From a virus (taxonomy: Duplodnaviria; Caudoviricetes): a stretch of DNA of 64,000 nucleotides. The notes beneath the pieces were generated by a model. The model had not been told where the DNA came from. It was given only the letters and a program-made list of their open reading frames with translations, and made no database searches. A program made the translations under genes and the position numbers. The stretch lies in IMG/VR virus record IMGVR_UViG_3300011008_000041, positions 8,097 through 72,096 of that record, one strand, 5' to 3'. This document shows, piece by piece, positions 53,849-63,363 of this stretch. Position 1 is the stretch's first letter. Each line of letters opens with the position of its first letter.

Positions 53849-54443
53849 CCTTGATCCTCCTTTCGATCTCTTCCGTGAGCTTCTTCCAGAAGGTAGCCCA
53901 CTGCTTTCTGTCGCATTCGTCGCCCCAGTACTCAAACGACCCGATCCGCTCGGCCCGTTCAAGCTCGCTCTCGATGTCCTGCCACATGATACCCAGGCAC
54001 CAGTCGGAGAGACGGGGCAGGAGCCCGCCGATGTATGAGCAGGTATCGCTCACGATGTACGTTCGCCGCCCGAAGGCATACCGCTCAGCGCTGATGATCA
54101 TCTGCTCCAGCTTCTCGCACAGCGGGACGGCGCCTTTCAACTTCTCCATCGCAGCATCGCGCTCTTGTGCTGCTTTGGAATAAAGCGCCTGGTAGTTCTG
54201 CGCCTGCTCTTTGATATCGCCGCAGGTGACACAGACCCCCGCATCAAGAGGATCTTCTGCTTTGAGAACGTAGCCCCGAACCTCCATCGCCCGAATGATC
54301 TCGCCGATACTCTGCTTCCCGAGGTTCCTGATCCTGCGAAGATCGTCTTCCGTCCTCTCGCTCAACTGCTCTATGGTATCTATGCCGACACGCTTGAGGC
54401 AGTTATAGGACCGGACGGACAGGTCCATTTCCTCTATTTTCAT
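53733..54443 (-). CDS. protein with an N-terminal RNA polymerase alpha-CTD-like domain
   Basis: IEEMDLSVRSYNCLKRVGIDTIEQL...RNLGKQSIGEI matches the RpoA CTD signature. Confidence 0.85.
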   Translation of the reverse strand: MKIEEMDLSVRSYNCLKRVGIDTIEQLSERTEDDLRRIRNLGKQSIGEIIRAMEVRGYVLKAEDPLDAGVCVTCGDIKEQAQNYQALYSKAAQERDAAMEKLKGAVPLCEKLEQMIISAERYAFGRRTYIVSDTCSYIGGLLPRLSDWCLGIMWQDIESELERAERIGSFEYWGDECDRKQWATFWKKLTEEIERRIKDGKSDYLRGQPWSNQLHDRSIHGVYPEQGRTSVPENAG

Positions 54444-54700
54444 TTGCTTCTCCTTCTCAGATCCCGCCCGCACTCCGGGCAGAAATTCAGTTTGTAGCCG
54501 ATGCCGCGGTAACGGTAGTCGGTTATTCGCGTTGCATGCCTTTTACCGCGGTCCTTGTTCCATGTTCGGATCACAATGGCAACCGTGTATTCGTGCTTAA
54601 TGCCTTTATCCGACTCGTCGCCGTGATCACGCAGGAAATCGTTGATATTCTTGTGCGATTTCAGCTCCCGGCAGAACACACATTCGTTCTCGCCCGTCAT
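54440..54700 (-). CDS. Zn-binding hypothetical protein
   Basis: CVFC...FCPECGR. Confidence 0.6.
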   Translation of the reverse strand: MTGENECVFCRELKSHKNINDFLRDHGDESDKGIKHEYTVAIVIRTWNKDRGKRHATRITDYRYRGIGYKLNFCPECGRDLRRRSK

Positions 54701-54942
54701 CCAGAGATCAGCACCGCGTCTGTGCTGTGGACCAGATATGTAACGCCGTCGATGGTGATCTGGAGCTGATCTCCATCCTCGAAATCCCGCCAGCTTTCGA
54801 CCGTCCCCTCGACAGTCTCATCGTTGGGGAGCAGGATGATCGCGCGGTCAAACTTGTACTTCAGATCGATCATCTGCCGGTTGCAGGCGCAGAGCGCCGC
54901 CAGCATGAACAGGGTAATGAGAATTGTAATTACTTTTTTCAT
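54697..54942 (-). CDS. small phage lipoprotein
   Basis: LCAC lipobox; NRQMIDLKYKFDRAII. Confidence 0.7.
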   Translation of the reverse strand: MKKVITILITLFMLAALCACNRQMIDLKYKFDRAIILLPNDETVEGTVESWRDFEDGDQLQITIDGVTYLVHSTDAVLISG

Positions 54943-55130
54943 TTGAATTTCCTTTCTTTGTTTGCGCCCGGTTTATACGGGCAGTAAGTTGGAGGCGTCA
55001 TGATGATCGTTCCGTCAGCTTTGCACTGGTCTATGAACTCGCCGGCGCTGTACTGCACCCCTCGCAGCGGGCAGTTCTCGCACAAGCATGGGCGAGGCCA
55101 GTCATGCGCTTTGGGCTTATGACGTTTCAT
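54939..55130 (-). CDS. Cys-rich hypothetical protein
   Basis: 63-aa ORF with overlaps. Confidence 0.5.
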   Translation of the reverse strand: MKRHKPKAHDWPRPCLCENCPLRGVQYSAGEFIDQCKADGTIIMTPPTYCPYKPGANKERKFK

Positions 55131-55486
55131 AGATCGACCGCTCCTTCCTTCGGTTTCACCAGGCGGATTATCCCCCGGTATTCTGTTGCTCCCTCATATA
55201 GACAAGGCTCACTCCAAAGTTCCATAAACTCAGGAGAAGAAATGAGATCGACCATCTCGCGCCCAAGCATTTTCCGCAAGTCTTCCTCGCTTCTCGGCCA
55301 CCGCTCCTGCACATATCGATCAATCTTTAAGGCTGACTGGACTTTTACCACATCGGTAGGAAACACGATCTGATTGACCATCGTGACAGGGCAGGGTATC
55401 CATTCAAAGACTGTCCCGCAATACTCACATTTCGGGGAGTAACCAATGGGAGCTCCGCAGTTCGGGCAGTTGTATCTTCTTTTCAT
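55127..55486 (-). CDS. Zn-ribbon hypothetical protein
   Basis: CPNCGAP...CEYCG. Confidence 0.6.
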   Translation of the reverse strand: MKRRYNCPNCGAPIGYSPKCEYCGTVFEWIPCPVTMVNQIVFPTDVVKVQSALKIDRYVQERWPRSEEDLRKMLGREMVDLISSPEFMELWSEPCLYEGATEYRGIIRLVKPKEGAVDL

Positions 55487-55824
55487 ATGACCCCCTCCTC
55501 AACCGCAGCAGAGAATCCATCTGCAAAGCCCTGCGCCCATCTTTGGCCCCTCATGTCAGCGCCACAATCTGGGCAAAAATCTGAATTAGAATTACCATTC
55601 CCGGTTTTGTCTCCACACTCGGAGCATTTGTAGACATGCGGATGCAGTCTAATCCAGTAACCGGTTTTTCGTTCGCTCACATCAGCGGCAGGCTCTGTTT
55701 CCAGAGCCATCAAAAACTGCCCCTTGGCATAGTTGAATAGTGGATGGCACTGATCTCCTTTTGTGAATGGAGGAATTCTATCTATCCTTTCACGGAATTT
55801 TTCGCAGTCTATGTATTTACGCAT
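55483..55824 (-). CDS. hypothetical protein with C-terminal Zn ribbon
   Basis: GYW...CSECG...FCPDCGADM. Confidence 0.65.
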   Translation of the reverse strand: MRKYIDCEKFRERIDRIPPFTKGDQCHPLFNYAKGQFLMALETEPAADVSERKTGYWIRLHPHVYKCSECGDKTGNGNSNSDFCPDCGADMRGQRWAQGFADGFSAAVEEGVI

Positions 55825-56014
55825 CCCACATCCCCCCATCTTTGAGAATAATCACATTCTTTATTGCATTGAATGGCACCCCACACCAAGGACAGAAATT
55901 GTATCGGATATTGACTGCCTTTTTGCACTTCGAGCAGTAATCTCTTCCCGGCTTCCCCCAATCGCCCGTTTTGCTTTCGATGAATTCATGCACGATTTTA
56001 GCCACACCCATCAC
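55817..56014 (-). CDS. Zn-ribbon hypothetical protein
   Basis: CSKC...FCPWCG. Confidence 0.55.
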   Translation of the reverse strand: MMGVAKIVHEFIESKTGDWGKPGRDYCSKCKKAVNIRYNFCPWCGVPFNAIKNVIILKDGGMWDA

Positions 56015-56225
56015 CGTCCTTGATCTCGTATTCCTCGCACAGCGCTGTATAGCAGTCCGGGCAGAAAAACCCGACAGTCTTCGGGTTCGCGTAGCTCCGG
56101 CGCACCATCATCGTCACCATGCGCTTTTTAAGCATCTCGCGCCCGCACCGTGCACAGCGCCCTATGAAGCGCTCGTCGGCACGGACACAGTCCTGGTCGG
56201 CGTCATACAGGCCCATCCCCGTCAC
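55998..56225 (-). CDS. Cys-rich hypothetical protein
   Basis: CARC...CPDC. Confidence 0.5.
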   Translation of the reverse strand: MTGMGLYDADQDCVRADERFIGRCARCGREMLKKRMVTMMVRRSYANPKTVGFFCPDCYTALCEEYEIKDGDGCG

Positions 56226-56325
56226 CGTCCTCTCTTGCTCCGCAGATATTCGATAGCCGCCACTAATAAGATGGTGTCATAAATTGTGTGTCCATTGCCT
56301 GCTATCACCGCAAATACTGTAATCA

Positions 56326-56736
56326 TTATGCGTTTCCCTCCTCTTTGCGCTGGTCCAAACACGCCTCAATGATAGCTATCGCCACCGTCGCCACCTGTAC
56401 GGCCTCGCTGATGATGTTATCGTTGCCGCCAAGTTCCGGTTCCTTGGAGTTTTGGAAGCACGTCTCATTGACCGCCCGGCAAAGCTCGCCGAACTCCTCA
56501 CCGAGAATGCTCATCCACTCATACGGATGGTTGCTGACACGCTCGCCCCATTGCTCGACTTGTCGGCGGCGCTCTCCAAGGATCAACTCAACCGCCTGTA
56601 TGGTCGCACCAGACTCATCCAGCGGGGTGATGGTGGGCATTTCCTTTACTGCCCACAATGCGTCATTCCAACCGCGTTTATAATCGCTGTTTTGCGGCTC
56701 TGTAAAAGGCAGTTTATCCACATTAATCAGCCGCAT
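56326..56736 (-). CDS. MazG-like fold protein
   Basis: ILGEEFGEL...EAVQVATVA. Confidence 0.65.
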   Translation of the reverse strand: MRLINVDKLPFTEPQNSDYKRGWNDALWAVKEMPTITPLDESGATIQAVELILGERRRQVEQWGERVSNHPYEWMSILGEEFGELCRAVNETCFQNSKEPELGGNDNIISEAVQVATVAIAIIEACLDQRKEEGNA

Positions 56737-57406
56737 TGTGTTCCTCCTCTCTGCGCCCGTCCATGCGAGCGCCGCAGTTGGGGCACAGGTTTGCGTCTCC
56801 GCGTCCTGCATTTACTCCACCCAAATATAGATAGTTTCCACAGATAGAACACATCACAGTACGCCTATCGACTCCATGTGAACAGCGTCCGCTTTTGACA
56901 ATCCACTCCCCATGCACCACCTCCACAGCGTCCACGGCAAGCGACAAAAGCCGCGTTACATCCTTGTCGGTGTGTCCGTCCCATTCCTTTCCACGCGGTA
57001 GCTCCTGACAGTCGAACATATCCCAATACTCGCCGTGGTAGTGATAGGTGTAAGATCCTTCAGGCGTGTCAAGGCCGACGATGAAGTAATCCTCTTTGCC
57101 AAAGGGGAGTTCACCATCTGAGTGCCGCCATGACTTCCACGCTCGATCTCTATGTGCTTTCACCAAGGCCGCAAAAAGAACCGCTCGCTGGTGGTAAAGC
57201 TCATTGAAAGTGTGGAATCCATCGGACAGATCGCCAATTCCGGTCTGTGGCACTTCCACCGCGTCCACGGCGGGGATGTCCATGATTGCCCTCAGTTGGT
57301 TGTCAAGTCGTCCTTTCGCCCGCACGTCATAGGCCCGTTCCGGGACTTGTTCGGTCACAGTTTTCATGACATCAAAAACGCGCACGAGCTTGGTCAGTCT
57401 ATCCAT
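56723..57406 (-). CDS. composite phage hypothetical protein
   Basis: SDGFHTFNELYHQR domain inserted in a PAVDAVEV...Zn-ribbon protein. Confidence 0.65.
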   Translation of the reverse strand: MDRLTKLVRVFDVMKTVTEQVPERAYDVRAKGRLDNQLRAIMDIPAVDAVEVPQTGIGDLSDGFHTFNELYHQRAVLFAALVKAHRDRAWKSWRHSDGELPFGKEDYFIVGLDTPEGSYTYHYHGEYWDMFDCQELPRGKEWDGHTDKDVTRLLSLAVDAVEVVHGEWIVKSGRCSHGVDRRTVMCSICGNYLYLGGVNAGRGDANLCPNCGARMDGRREEEHNAAD

Positions 57407-57728
57407 TGTGTGCCTCCTCCGCTTCGATGATTGTTGGCAACTTCTTAATGACTTCTCCCGCCCAATTCAGCGCAAACGCCATGTCATCGTTGTCGATGTT
57501 TCTGTCTCGCAGGCTATCGATGATCCTGGTTACGTCGTACAGATCAACCAGACGTCCATGAGGCGTTGGGACGGGGACGATTTCCATGTTGTCCATTCGT
57601 ATGTACCCACGCGTGGGCCATTGGCTTATCCATACAGCGCCTTTTTCATTAACGATGAACTTTTTGCCGGCCAAAGAGTCAATGCCCTTTATCAAGATGC
57701 TCATATTTCCACCTCCAACGGTACGCAT
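57399..57728 (-). CDS. hypothetical protein
   Basis: HGRLVD...PTIIEAE motif common in phage early genes. Confidence 0.6.
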   Translation of the reverse strand: MRTVGGGNMSILIKGIDSLAGKKFIVNEKGAVWISQWPTRGYIRMDNMEIVPVPTPHGRLVDLYDVTRIIDSLRDRNIDNDDMAFALNWAGEVIKKLPTIIEAEEAHNG

Positions 57729-57997
57729 CTGCGGCGAGAGACTTCGATTCTCCCTGCTTGCAGGTCTTCCAGCCTCTCCTCGCAGTCTTCCTGGGTCATA
57801 TACCCGAAGCAGAACACCATATTGTCAGGGCCGCGCACACCCTCCACGAGATCGGCAATGAAGTAAAAACATGTATGCCGAAGGTTGAAGGGCTTGGTGC
57901 AGATTATGTATCTGTCATCCCTGCATCTAACGCGGTACGGGCGTTTCTCGCCGTTGACATATACGGGATCGCCGACTTTCAGGTCTTTCCACTTCAT
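57701..57997 (-). CDS. hypothetical protein
   Basis: CRDDRYIICTKPFN...RGPDN. Confidence 0.65.
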   Translation of the reverse strand: MKWKDLKVGDPVYVNGEKRPYRVRCRDDRYIICTKPFNLRHTCFYFIADLVEGVRGPDNMVFCFGYMTQEDCEERLEDLQAGRIEVSRRRCVPLEVEI

Positions 57998-58269
57998 GGC
58001 GTAACCTCACTCGGCAGCCACCTGCACCCGTCGCAGGCTCCGAGGTGTCTGGTTTTGTACTGCCCGCAGTACAAGCACAGCTCGTTCCGGCAGACCTCCA
58101 GGTCCTCCAAGGCGGCGATGGCCTTGTCATAGGCGTCGAGTACCTCTTGATCCGGCAGCACCAGCTCACAGTGTGCGCAGTTTCGGTCACACACGATCCC
58201 TGGACCGCTCTGCCGGATGACGCAACACTTTTCGTTCTCGATGATCTCGATCGCTTTTTTGTTTGTCAT
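57994..58269 (-). CDS. Cys-rich hypothetical protein
   Basis: RNELCLYCGQYK. Confidence 0.6.
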   Translation of the reverse strand: MTNKKAIEIIENEKCCVIRQSGPGIVCDRNCAHCELVLPDQEVLDAYDKAIAALEDLEVCRNELCLYCGQYKTRHLGACDGCRWLPSEVTP

Positions 58270-58541
58270 ATCCGTATTCCGTATTCCTTTCTCAGCACAT
58301 TCCTCAGTTCGTGGAGCTTGACGTGCCCCTCCAAAACCTCCTCAGAGAGCTTGATCCACGCCGCCCACACATCCTTGATCTGATCTTCCATGCCGAACTT
58401 GTCCAACAGGACAGACAACATAAGCACGACCGCGAGGTTGCTGCCCGCCATGTTTGCTTTTGTCTCGGCTTTTTCGATCATCTTTTCGACCTTCCACTCC
58501 GGGATTGCCGGATGCGGGCCGGATTTCTTACTCTGTGCCAT
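58266..58541 (-). CDS. hypothetical protein
   Basis: 91-aa ORF in operon. Confidence 0.6.
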   Translation of the reverse strand: MAQSKKSGPHPAIPEWKVEKMIEKAETKANMAGSNLAVVLMLSVLLDKFGMEDQIKDVWAAWIKLSEEVLEGHVKLHELRNVLRKEYGIRI

Positions 58542-59289
58542 TGGAAACTCCCCCCCTTGCCCGGATTACTGCCTCGACTCGCGACACTCTGACATTCAGC
58601 CGCTGTGCAATGTCCTCGGCCGTGTACCCGTCGCCAAACATCCAGTCAATGGCCTCGATGTGAGCCGCGCTCATATTCCCCGGCCTAGGGTTGGCGGCGT
58701 GATACCCAATTTCACGCGCCCAACGCTGGAACGTATGATGATCGATCCTCAGTTCCGCAGCTCCCTCTCGCGCTGAAATCAGGCCAGCTTGCCATTTCTG
58801 AGCAATCTCTTCCAGATTGTCGGGTCGGGGTACTGGCGGTCTCCCGAATTTGACGCCCCGCGCCATAGCCGCATCGATCCCTTCGCGTTGACGCTGCTTG
58901 CTGAACTCCCGCTCAGTCTGTGCTACATAGGAAAGCAGCTGTAAGACTATGTCGGCAATCAGCCGCCCGGTCAGATCCCGGTCCTTACTGGTGTTCAGGA
59001 TAGGCATGTCCATAACCACGATCCCGACGCCCTTTTTCGTCAGAGCTTTCCACTCTTCAAGGATGCCGTCATAGTTTCGGCCAAGGCGGTCGATGCTCTT
59101 GATGTAGAGCGTATCGCCATCGCGCAGCTTGCGAACGAGCTTTATGTACTTCGGACGGTCAAAGTCTTTGCCTGATTGTTTGTCCAGATAGATATTTTTC
59201 TCTGGGATGCCAACTTCCCGCATGGCAATCATCTGCCGTTCCTCATTCTGGTCGCGGGTGCTGACTCGTACATATCCGTAATCAGCCAT
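58528..59289 (-). CDS. small serine resolvase/invertase with C-terminal HTH domains
   Basis: YGYVRVSTRDQN, SIDRLGRN, RQREGI...GVKFGRP. Confidence 0.9.
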   Translation of the reverse strand: MADYGYVRVSTRDQNEERQMIAMREVGIPEKNIYLDKQSGKDFDRPKYIKLVRKLRDGDTLYIKSIDRLGRNYDGILEEWKALTKKGVGIVVMDMPILNTSKDRDLTGRLIADIVLQLLSYVAQTEREFSKQRQREGIDAAMARGVKFGRPPVPRPDNLEEIAQKWQAGLISAREGAAELRIDHHTFQRWAREIGYHAANPRPGNMSAAHIEAIDWMFGDGYTAEDIAQRLNVRVSRVEAVIRARGGVSNGTE

Positions 59290-59659
59290 CCGGTGCCTCC
59301 TCCAAGTACTGCTCCCATGTCCGGCGCAGGGGTGGGTCTTTCGTCCGGCCCCAGGTGCGCTCGTATTTCTCGGTTTGCTCCTTCGCCAGTAGCGCAGCCT
59401 CCCGGGCGGTGTAAAAAACGCGCTTGCCGATGTCGGAGAGCTTATGTCGGCGCGGATAGGGGAAGCTCCGGTCCCCATCTGGTACAGGGCCGGTCATGCA
59501 GATCTCGACGTATCCGCCCTCATAGTAGCCGGTGACCTCGCCCTCTGTGACGACGTACTCCACCAGCGGCGCGACCTTCACGCTTTTGTCGTAGTACAGG
59601 TTCTCATGTACGTCCCACAGCTTCGAGCCGACAGGCGGGCGGGTTTTACTTCTAGCCAC
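59282..59659 (-). CDS. hypothetical protein
   Basis: 125-aa ORF in operon. Confidence 0.6.
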   Translation of the reverse strand: MARSKTRPPVGSKLWDVHENLYYDKSVKVAPLVEYVVTEGEVTGYYEGGYVEICMTGPVPDGDRSFPYPRRHKLSDIGKRVFYTAREAALLAKEQTEKYERTWGRTKDPPLRRTWEQYLEEAPDG

Positions 59660-60092
59660 GTTTTATCCTCCGATCATACATGACGATGCTCCCGGCCACG
59701 GCGACGTTGTAGCAGTAATTGCCTTCGATCTGTATCGTGTCCCTGCAGCGGTCCAGGATGCGCTTCGGGATTCCCGTGTCCTCAGCTCCCAACAGGTAAA
59801 TGCAACGCTCCGGGTGGAAATACCTTTCCAGCGGAATAGATCCATCCGCGAGTTCTACGGCAACGACAGGGCAGTCATAGGGAACATGTGTAAAAAAGTC
59901 CTCCCAATCCGTGTAGTGGTAAAGGGGTATGTGCCGCGGCGCTTTTGTGGTATCCGAGCACTGTTTTTTATACCGTCTGCCAACGGTAAAGATGAAGTCT
60001 GCACCGAGTATCGCGGCGCTCCTCCATAGCGTTCCGACATTTCGCTCGTTCTTCCCGTTGAAGATCCCGATGCCGAAATAGCCGCGTTTCAT
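59652..60092 (-). CDS. SpoU/TrmH-family (SPOUT) RNA methyltransferase
   Basis: NVGTLWRSA, LLGAEDTGI, YNVAVAGSIVMY. Confidence 0.88.
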   Translation of the reverse strand: MKRGYFGIGIFNGKNERNVGTLWRSAAILGADFIFTVGRRYKKQCSDTTKAPRHIPLYHYTDWEDFFTHVPYDCPVVAVELADGSIPLERYFHPERCIYLLGAEDTGIPKRILDRCRDTIQIEGNYCYNVAVAGSIVMYDRRIKRG

Positions 60093-60445
60093 GGTTTTAT
60101 TACTCTCCATTTCTTTCTCATTTCTGAGGCCCGGTGTTCGGAATACTTCCGGGCCTCGATGTAGTTTTCACAGTCTTCCCGCCAAAGGCGTCTTTGCTTG
60201 GAACCGGTGTACTCAATGCAATCGTCGCAGTTGAAGCACGCCTCCGCTTCTGACGGGAATTCGCCAAGGGTGAAAAACTGTGGATCTAGCTCGCAGTTCA
60301 GGACACAGCCGGGGCAGATGCAGTTGTAACATCTCACGTTTCCGCCTCTGGCTTTTCGCAGCGCTCGAAAGTGATCACCCACACCCAGGGATTTGCGGCC
60401 CATCCATATCTCGGAAGATCGGAGGGCTTGATTGTACTGCCCCAA
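60089..60445 (-). CDS. Cys-rich hypothetical protein
   Basis: CYNCICPGC; start uncertain. Confidence 0.45.
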   Translation of the reverse strand: MGQYNQALRSSEIWMGRKSLGVGDHFRALRKARGGNVRCYNCICPGCVLNCELDPQFFTLGEFPSEAEACFNCDDCIEYTGSKQRRLWREDCENYIEARKYSEHRASEMRKKWRVIKP

Positions 60446-60945
60446 AGAGCCCTGAACTCATCAAAGCGCTTTCCGGCTCCGTAAGGAACGTCATAGAGGT
60501 CAGCCATGCCCTCGGCTATAAGGTCGCGTACAGTCATCTTCTGCAGGCGTTCACAACGAACGTCGGTAACATGGAGGAACAGCCGCGCGGCTCCCTTTGG
60601 CATGTGTATTGAGGGCTTCCAGTTTCCCCTCCAAATCTCTGGGCGAAGATCACCGTCTGCTCTGTAATAGAGGTACGTCTTTCCTCCGCTCCAAGAGCAA
60701 TCTGGCTTAACGGGCAGTTCATCATAGGCTTCTCGGACATAGAGGGTGTCGCCGGGCTGATACGGCGCAACGGCAACGCTGTGATCGTCCAACTCCGCGC
60801 CGTATTTCGGCCCGTCTGCCGAGCCAGGAAACGTCCCTCCGTGCAAAACTTCATGGCCTCCGGTTTTTACCAGCCGCCGCGTCTCAGTCTTACGCCCATC
60901 TAAGATTGCTCGCGTCATCGGCGTGTTGAATAGGATAGGCTTCAT
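60334..60945 (-). CDS. ASCH/PUA-like domain phage protein
   Basis: KPILFNTPMTRAILDGRKTETRR, WKPSIHMP, NPWVWVITF. Confidence 0.75.
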   Translation of the reverse strand: MKPILFNTPMTRAILDGRKTETRRLVKTGGHEVLHGGTFPGSADGPKYGAELDDHSVAVAPYQPGDTLYVREAYDELPVKPDCSWSGGKTYLYYRADGDLRPEIWRGNWKPSIHMPKGAARLFLHVTDVRCERLQKMTVRDLIAEGMADLYDVPYGAGKRFDEFRALWGSTIKPSDLPRYGWAANPWVWVITFERCEKPEAET

Positions 60946-61376
60946 GTCGGTTCCTCCTTTTCCATTCCTCCGAGGGCTTTATCCAGCCGCTCAAGCCGTT
61001 CGATGGTTCCTTTGATGTTGGAGCGCACCCAGGAAATGCCGAGCTTTCGGAACGCCTCAAATTCATCCATAGCCTTGGCTGCATCGTCGCCATAAAGTTG
61101 GAAACGCATATTGAGCTCGTCATAGGCCTTGAGCTTGTCAGCTTCTTGGGCTACCCTGTCATTAAGGCGCTGCCATTCTCTCTCGAGCCGCTCCTTTGTT
61201 TCCCGCACTCCGCGCTCGTATTCCCGCTGGAGCTCCTCGGTGCTTGGCTGGTGGGCTTGGATAGCTCGCGTGACCGAAGCAAGGCCGCTCTCGCGAGCAC
61301 GCTTTTCATAAAACTCACTGAGTTCATAATCGCACTCATTGCCGTTGAGCGCCTGAGCCAATTCTTTCGCTGTCAT
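60942..61376 (-). CDS. coiled-coil hypothetical protein
   Basis: 144-aa ORF. Confidence 0.55.
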   Translation of the reverse strand: MTAKELAQALNGNECDYELSEFYEKRARESGLASVTRAIQAHQPSTEELQREYERGVRETKERLEREWQRLNDRVAQEADKLKAYDELNMRFQLYGDDAAKAMDEFEAFRKLGISWVRSNIKGTIERLERLDKALGGMEKEEPT

Positions 61377-61388
61377 TTCTGTACCTCC

Positions 61389-61868
61389 TTATGTCGCAGG
61401 CATCATAACGTCCTGCGCAGCGTCCCCGATGTCCGCGCCTGTGCTTCGTAGTAATTCGGGATTGTCGTGGATATTGCCGAGAACCGTGAGATTTCTGGCA
61501 TAAAACAAATCCCACCGATCGGGCGGATCGCGTTTCTCACTAACAGGGTCAAAGTCCCAACCGCTGTACTGCTCGGACGAAAACCAAGCAACTTTGCATA
61601 AGCGGCCGTATTTCGTTTTTACGATGTCGCCATCGAAAATCCGCCTGCCGTGCTTGTCTCTCATATCGGTGCGCTGACCAACCGTGGCGGGATCAACCTC
61701 AGCGAAACCGCCAATCATCAGTTCGTGGCTCCTGGCATCGCAGACCTGCGCAACGTAGCATGTTGAAAGGATGTAAACTCTGTTCTGCAGGAACGCCGCC
61801 TTGCAAAGATAACCGATGATCCACTCTCCGTTGTCAATTCGCTTCCCCCGGAATAGGATTTCTCTCAT
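61389..61868 (-). CDS. yopX: YopX-family protein
   Basis: MREILFRGK, TVGQ, IFDGDIV, VLGNIHDNPELL. Confidence 0.88.
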   Translation of the reverse strand: MREILFRGKRIDNGEWIIGYLCKAAFLQNRVYILSTCYVAQVCDARSHELMIGGFAEVDPATVGQRTDMRDKHGRRIFDGDIVKTKYGRLCKVAWFSSEQYSGWDFDPVSEKRDPPDRWDLFYARNLTVLGNIHDNPELLRSTGADIGDAAQDVMMPAT

Positions 61869-62326
61869 GTGATTTCCTCCATATCATCAAGTAGTACATA
61901 CCGCTTGCAGTTGTTCTTGAAATACACCACCGCCACCTTTGGAGCCTCAGTTGTCTCTTTGAAGCAGAAGCCGAAATCACCGCCGTATGGATCGTCGTTC
62001 CAGTCTGTTCCAAGAAGACCCTTCACCTTGACCGTGGTATAACCGACCACGCAGCCGGTGAAGTCTTCCTCGATCCTCTCCCGGTAGACCTTTTCGACGG
62101 CCTGTCCGCAAAACTCCGAAAGATCAGCAATCTCCATGTAACCGCCGATGGGATCATCAGGATTGCTCTTGCATGCTATCGCTTTCACCTGATCAGGGTT
62201 CTGCACAAATCTGCCGCTATATATCGACCCGTCCAGGTTGTACATGTCGATATGTACCCCGTCCTTGACCTTCCTCAGGTACGCCCGGCAGCGAACCATG
62301 GAAAACAGCCGCGGCTTGTCGGTCAT
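61865..62326 (-). CDS. hypothetical protein
   Basis: RBS plus ATG 62326. Confidence 0.6.
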   Translation of the reverse strand: MTDKPRLFSMVRCRAYLRKVKDGVHIDMYNLDGSIYSGRFVQNPDQVKAIACKSNPDDPIGGYMEIADLSEFCGQAVEKVYRERIEEDFTGCVVGYTTVKVKGLLGTDWNDDPYGGDFGFCFKETTEAPKVAVVYFKNNCKRYVLLDDMEEIT

Positions 62327-62547
62327 TTCTTTATTTCCTCCCGTGCGAGACCTAGCATATGCCGCCTGAGACACGCGGCGCAGATCCCTTGTTTTGAAAA
62401 CTCTTTGTCGCACAGATAGCCGGGGTAGTGGGTGCAGGAACCAGCCTGCTCCAGCCAACCGCAAGCAATGGAGAGCGCCTTGTCCAGCTTTTTGATTTTC
62501 TTTCGCTGATCGTGAACGCAGGTGTCGAGATGTGCTTTTTCGCTCAT
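62323..62547 (-). CDS. Cys-containing hypothetical protein
   Basis: RBS plus ATG 62547. Confidence 0.55.
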   Translation of the reverse strand: MSEKAHLDTCVHDQRKKIKKLDKALSIACGWLEQAGSCTHYPGYLCDKEFSKQGICAACLRRHMLGLAREEIKK

Positions 62548-63236
62548 TTCCCCGCCTCCATTTCCCGGCGCAGGCTGTCCTTGATGTAGTAATTCAGTCT
62601 CAGGCGTTGACAAAGCTCCTCGGCGTCCCGGCCGAACGCCGCCCAGTCGATGTCGGATGTGTGGTAATTGAGTTTCCCGATCTTGACCTTATCCACCGCG
62701 AGTACCGATGACATCCGGATCGCCGCCAAAACGTTCTCCGGTTGAAGGACCGGCTCAAATGAGATCCATGTCTTTATTCCTCTATGGCTGGCTGTGCTGA
62801 GGTCCAAAAAGGGGGTCGATGTCACCAAACCAGCGCTCCCGTCGATAGTGACGCCGTACCAATCGTTTTCGTCCAGCAGGTCGAAATCCCGTTTGCCGTC
62901 GCCCTTGGTGAGGATCTGCACATGGTTCCCGCTCTCTTTCAAGAGCTTGATGATCTCTCGCGTGGCGGAGCTGTCATAGCCGGTGGGGTACGGGTCACAG
63001 GTGAAGCACAGGTGGATGGTCTTGCCGGTGATCTGCTCGCGCTCCAACTGTTTCCTGACCTCCTCCACGATCCCAAGCCGCGGCTCGACGTGGCTGTGGA
63101 ACCGCTCCCGATCCTGGTGCAGGACGCCCGGCGCGAAGCAGTAGTAGCAACGATGAGGGCAGCCTGTGTAGATGTTCAGGGCGTAATCCCCGTACTCCTT
63201 TGCCGCCCCCCGCGGCTCATAGATAGGCGGTCTCAT
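62544..63236 (-). CDS. radical SAM protein (phage gp37/SplB-like)
   Basis: GCPHRCYYC CxxxCxxC; QILTK; WISFEP. Confidence 0.85.
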   Translation of the reverse strand: MRPPIYEPRGAAKEYGDYALNIYTGCPHRCYYCFAPGVLHQDRERFHSHVEPRLGIVEEVRKQLEREQITGKTIHLCFTCDPYPTGYDSSATREIIKLLKESGNHVQILTKGDGKRDFDLLDENDWYGVTIDGSAGLVTSTPFLDLSTASHRGIKTWISFEPVLQPENVLAAIRMSSVLAVDKVKIGKLNYHTSDIDWAAFGRDAEELCQRLRLNYYIKDSLRREMEAGK

Positions 63237-63363
63237 GCCGCTCTCCTTTCTTCTGCCGCCGCAACGCTGTTGATAGCGTCCCGGATGGCTCGGAGCACGA
63301 GGGTCTTTCCGATGAACGAGGGGAGAGCGGCGACGGTCTCGTGGGCGTCCTCCAATCGGGTAA

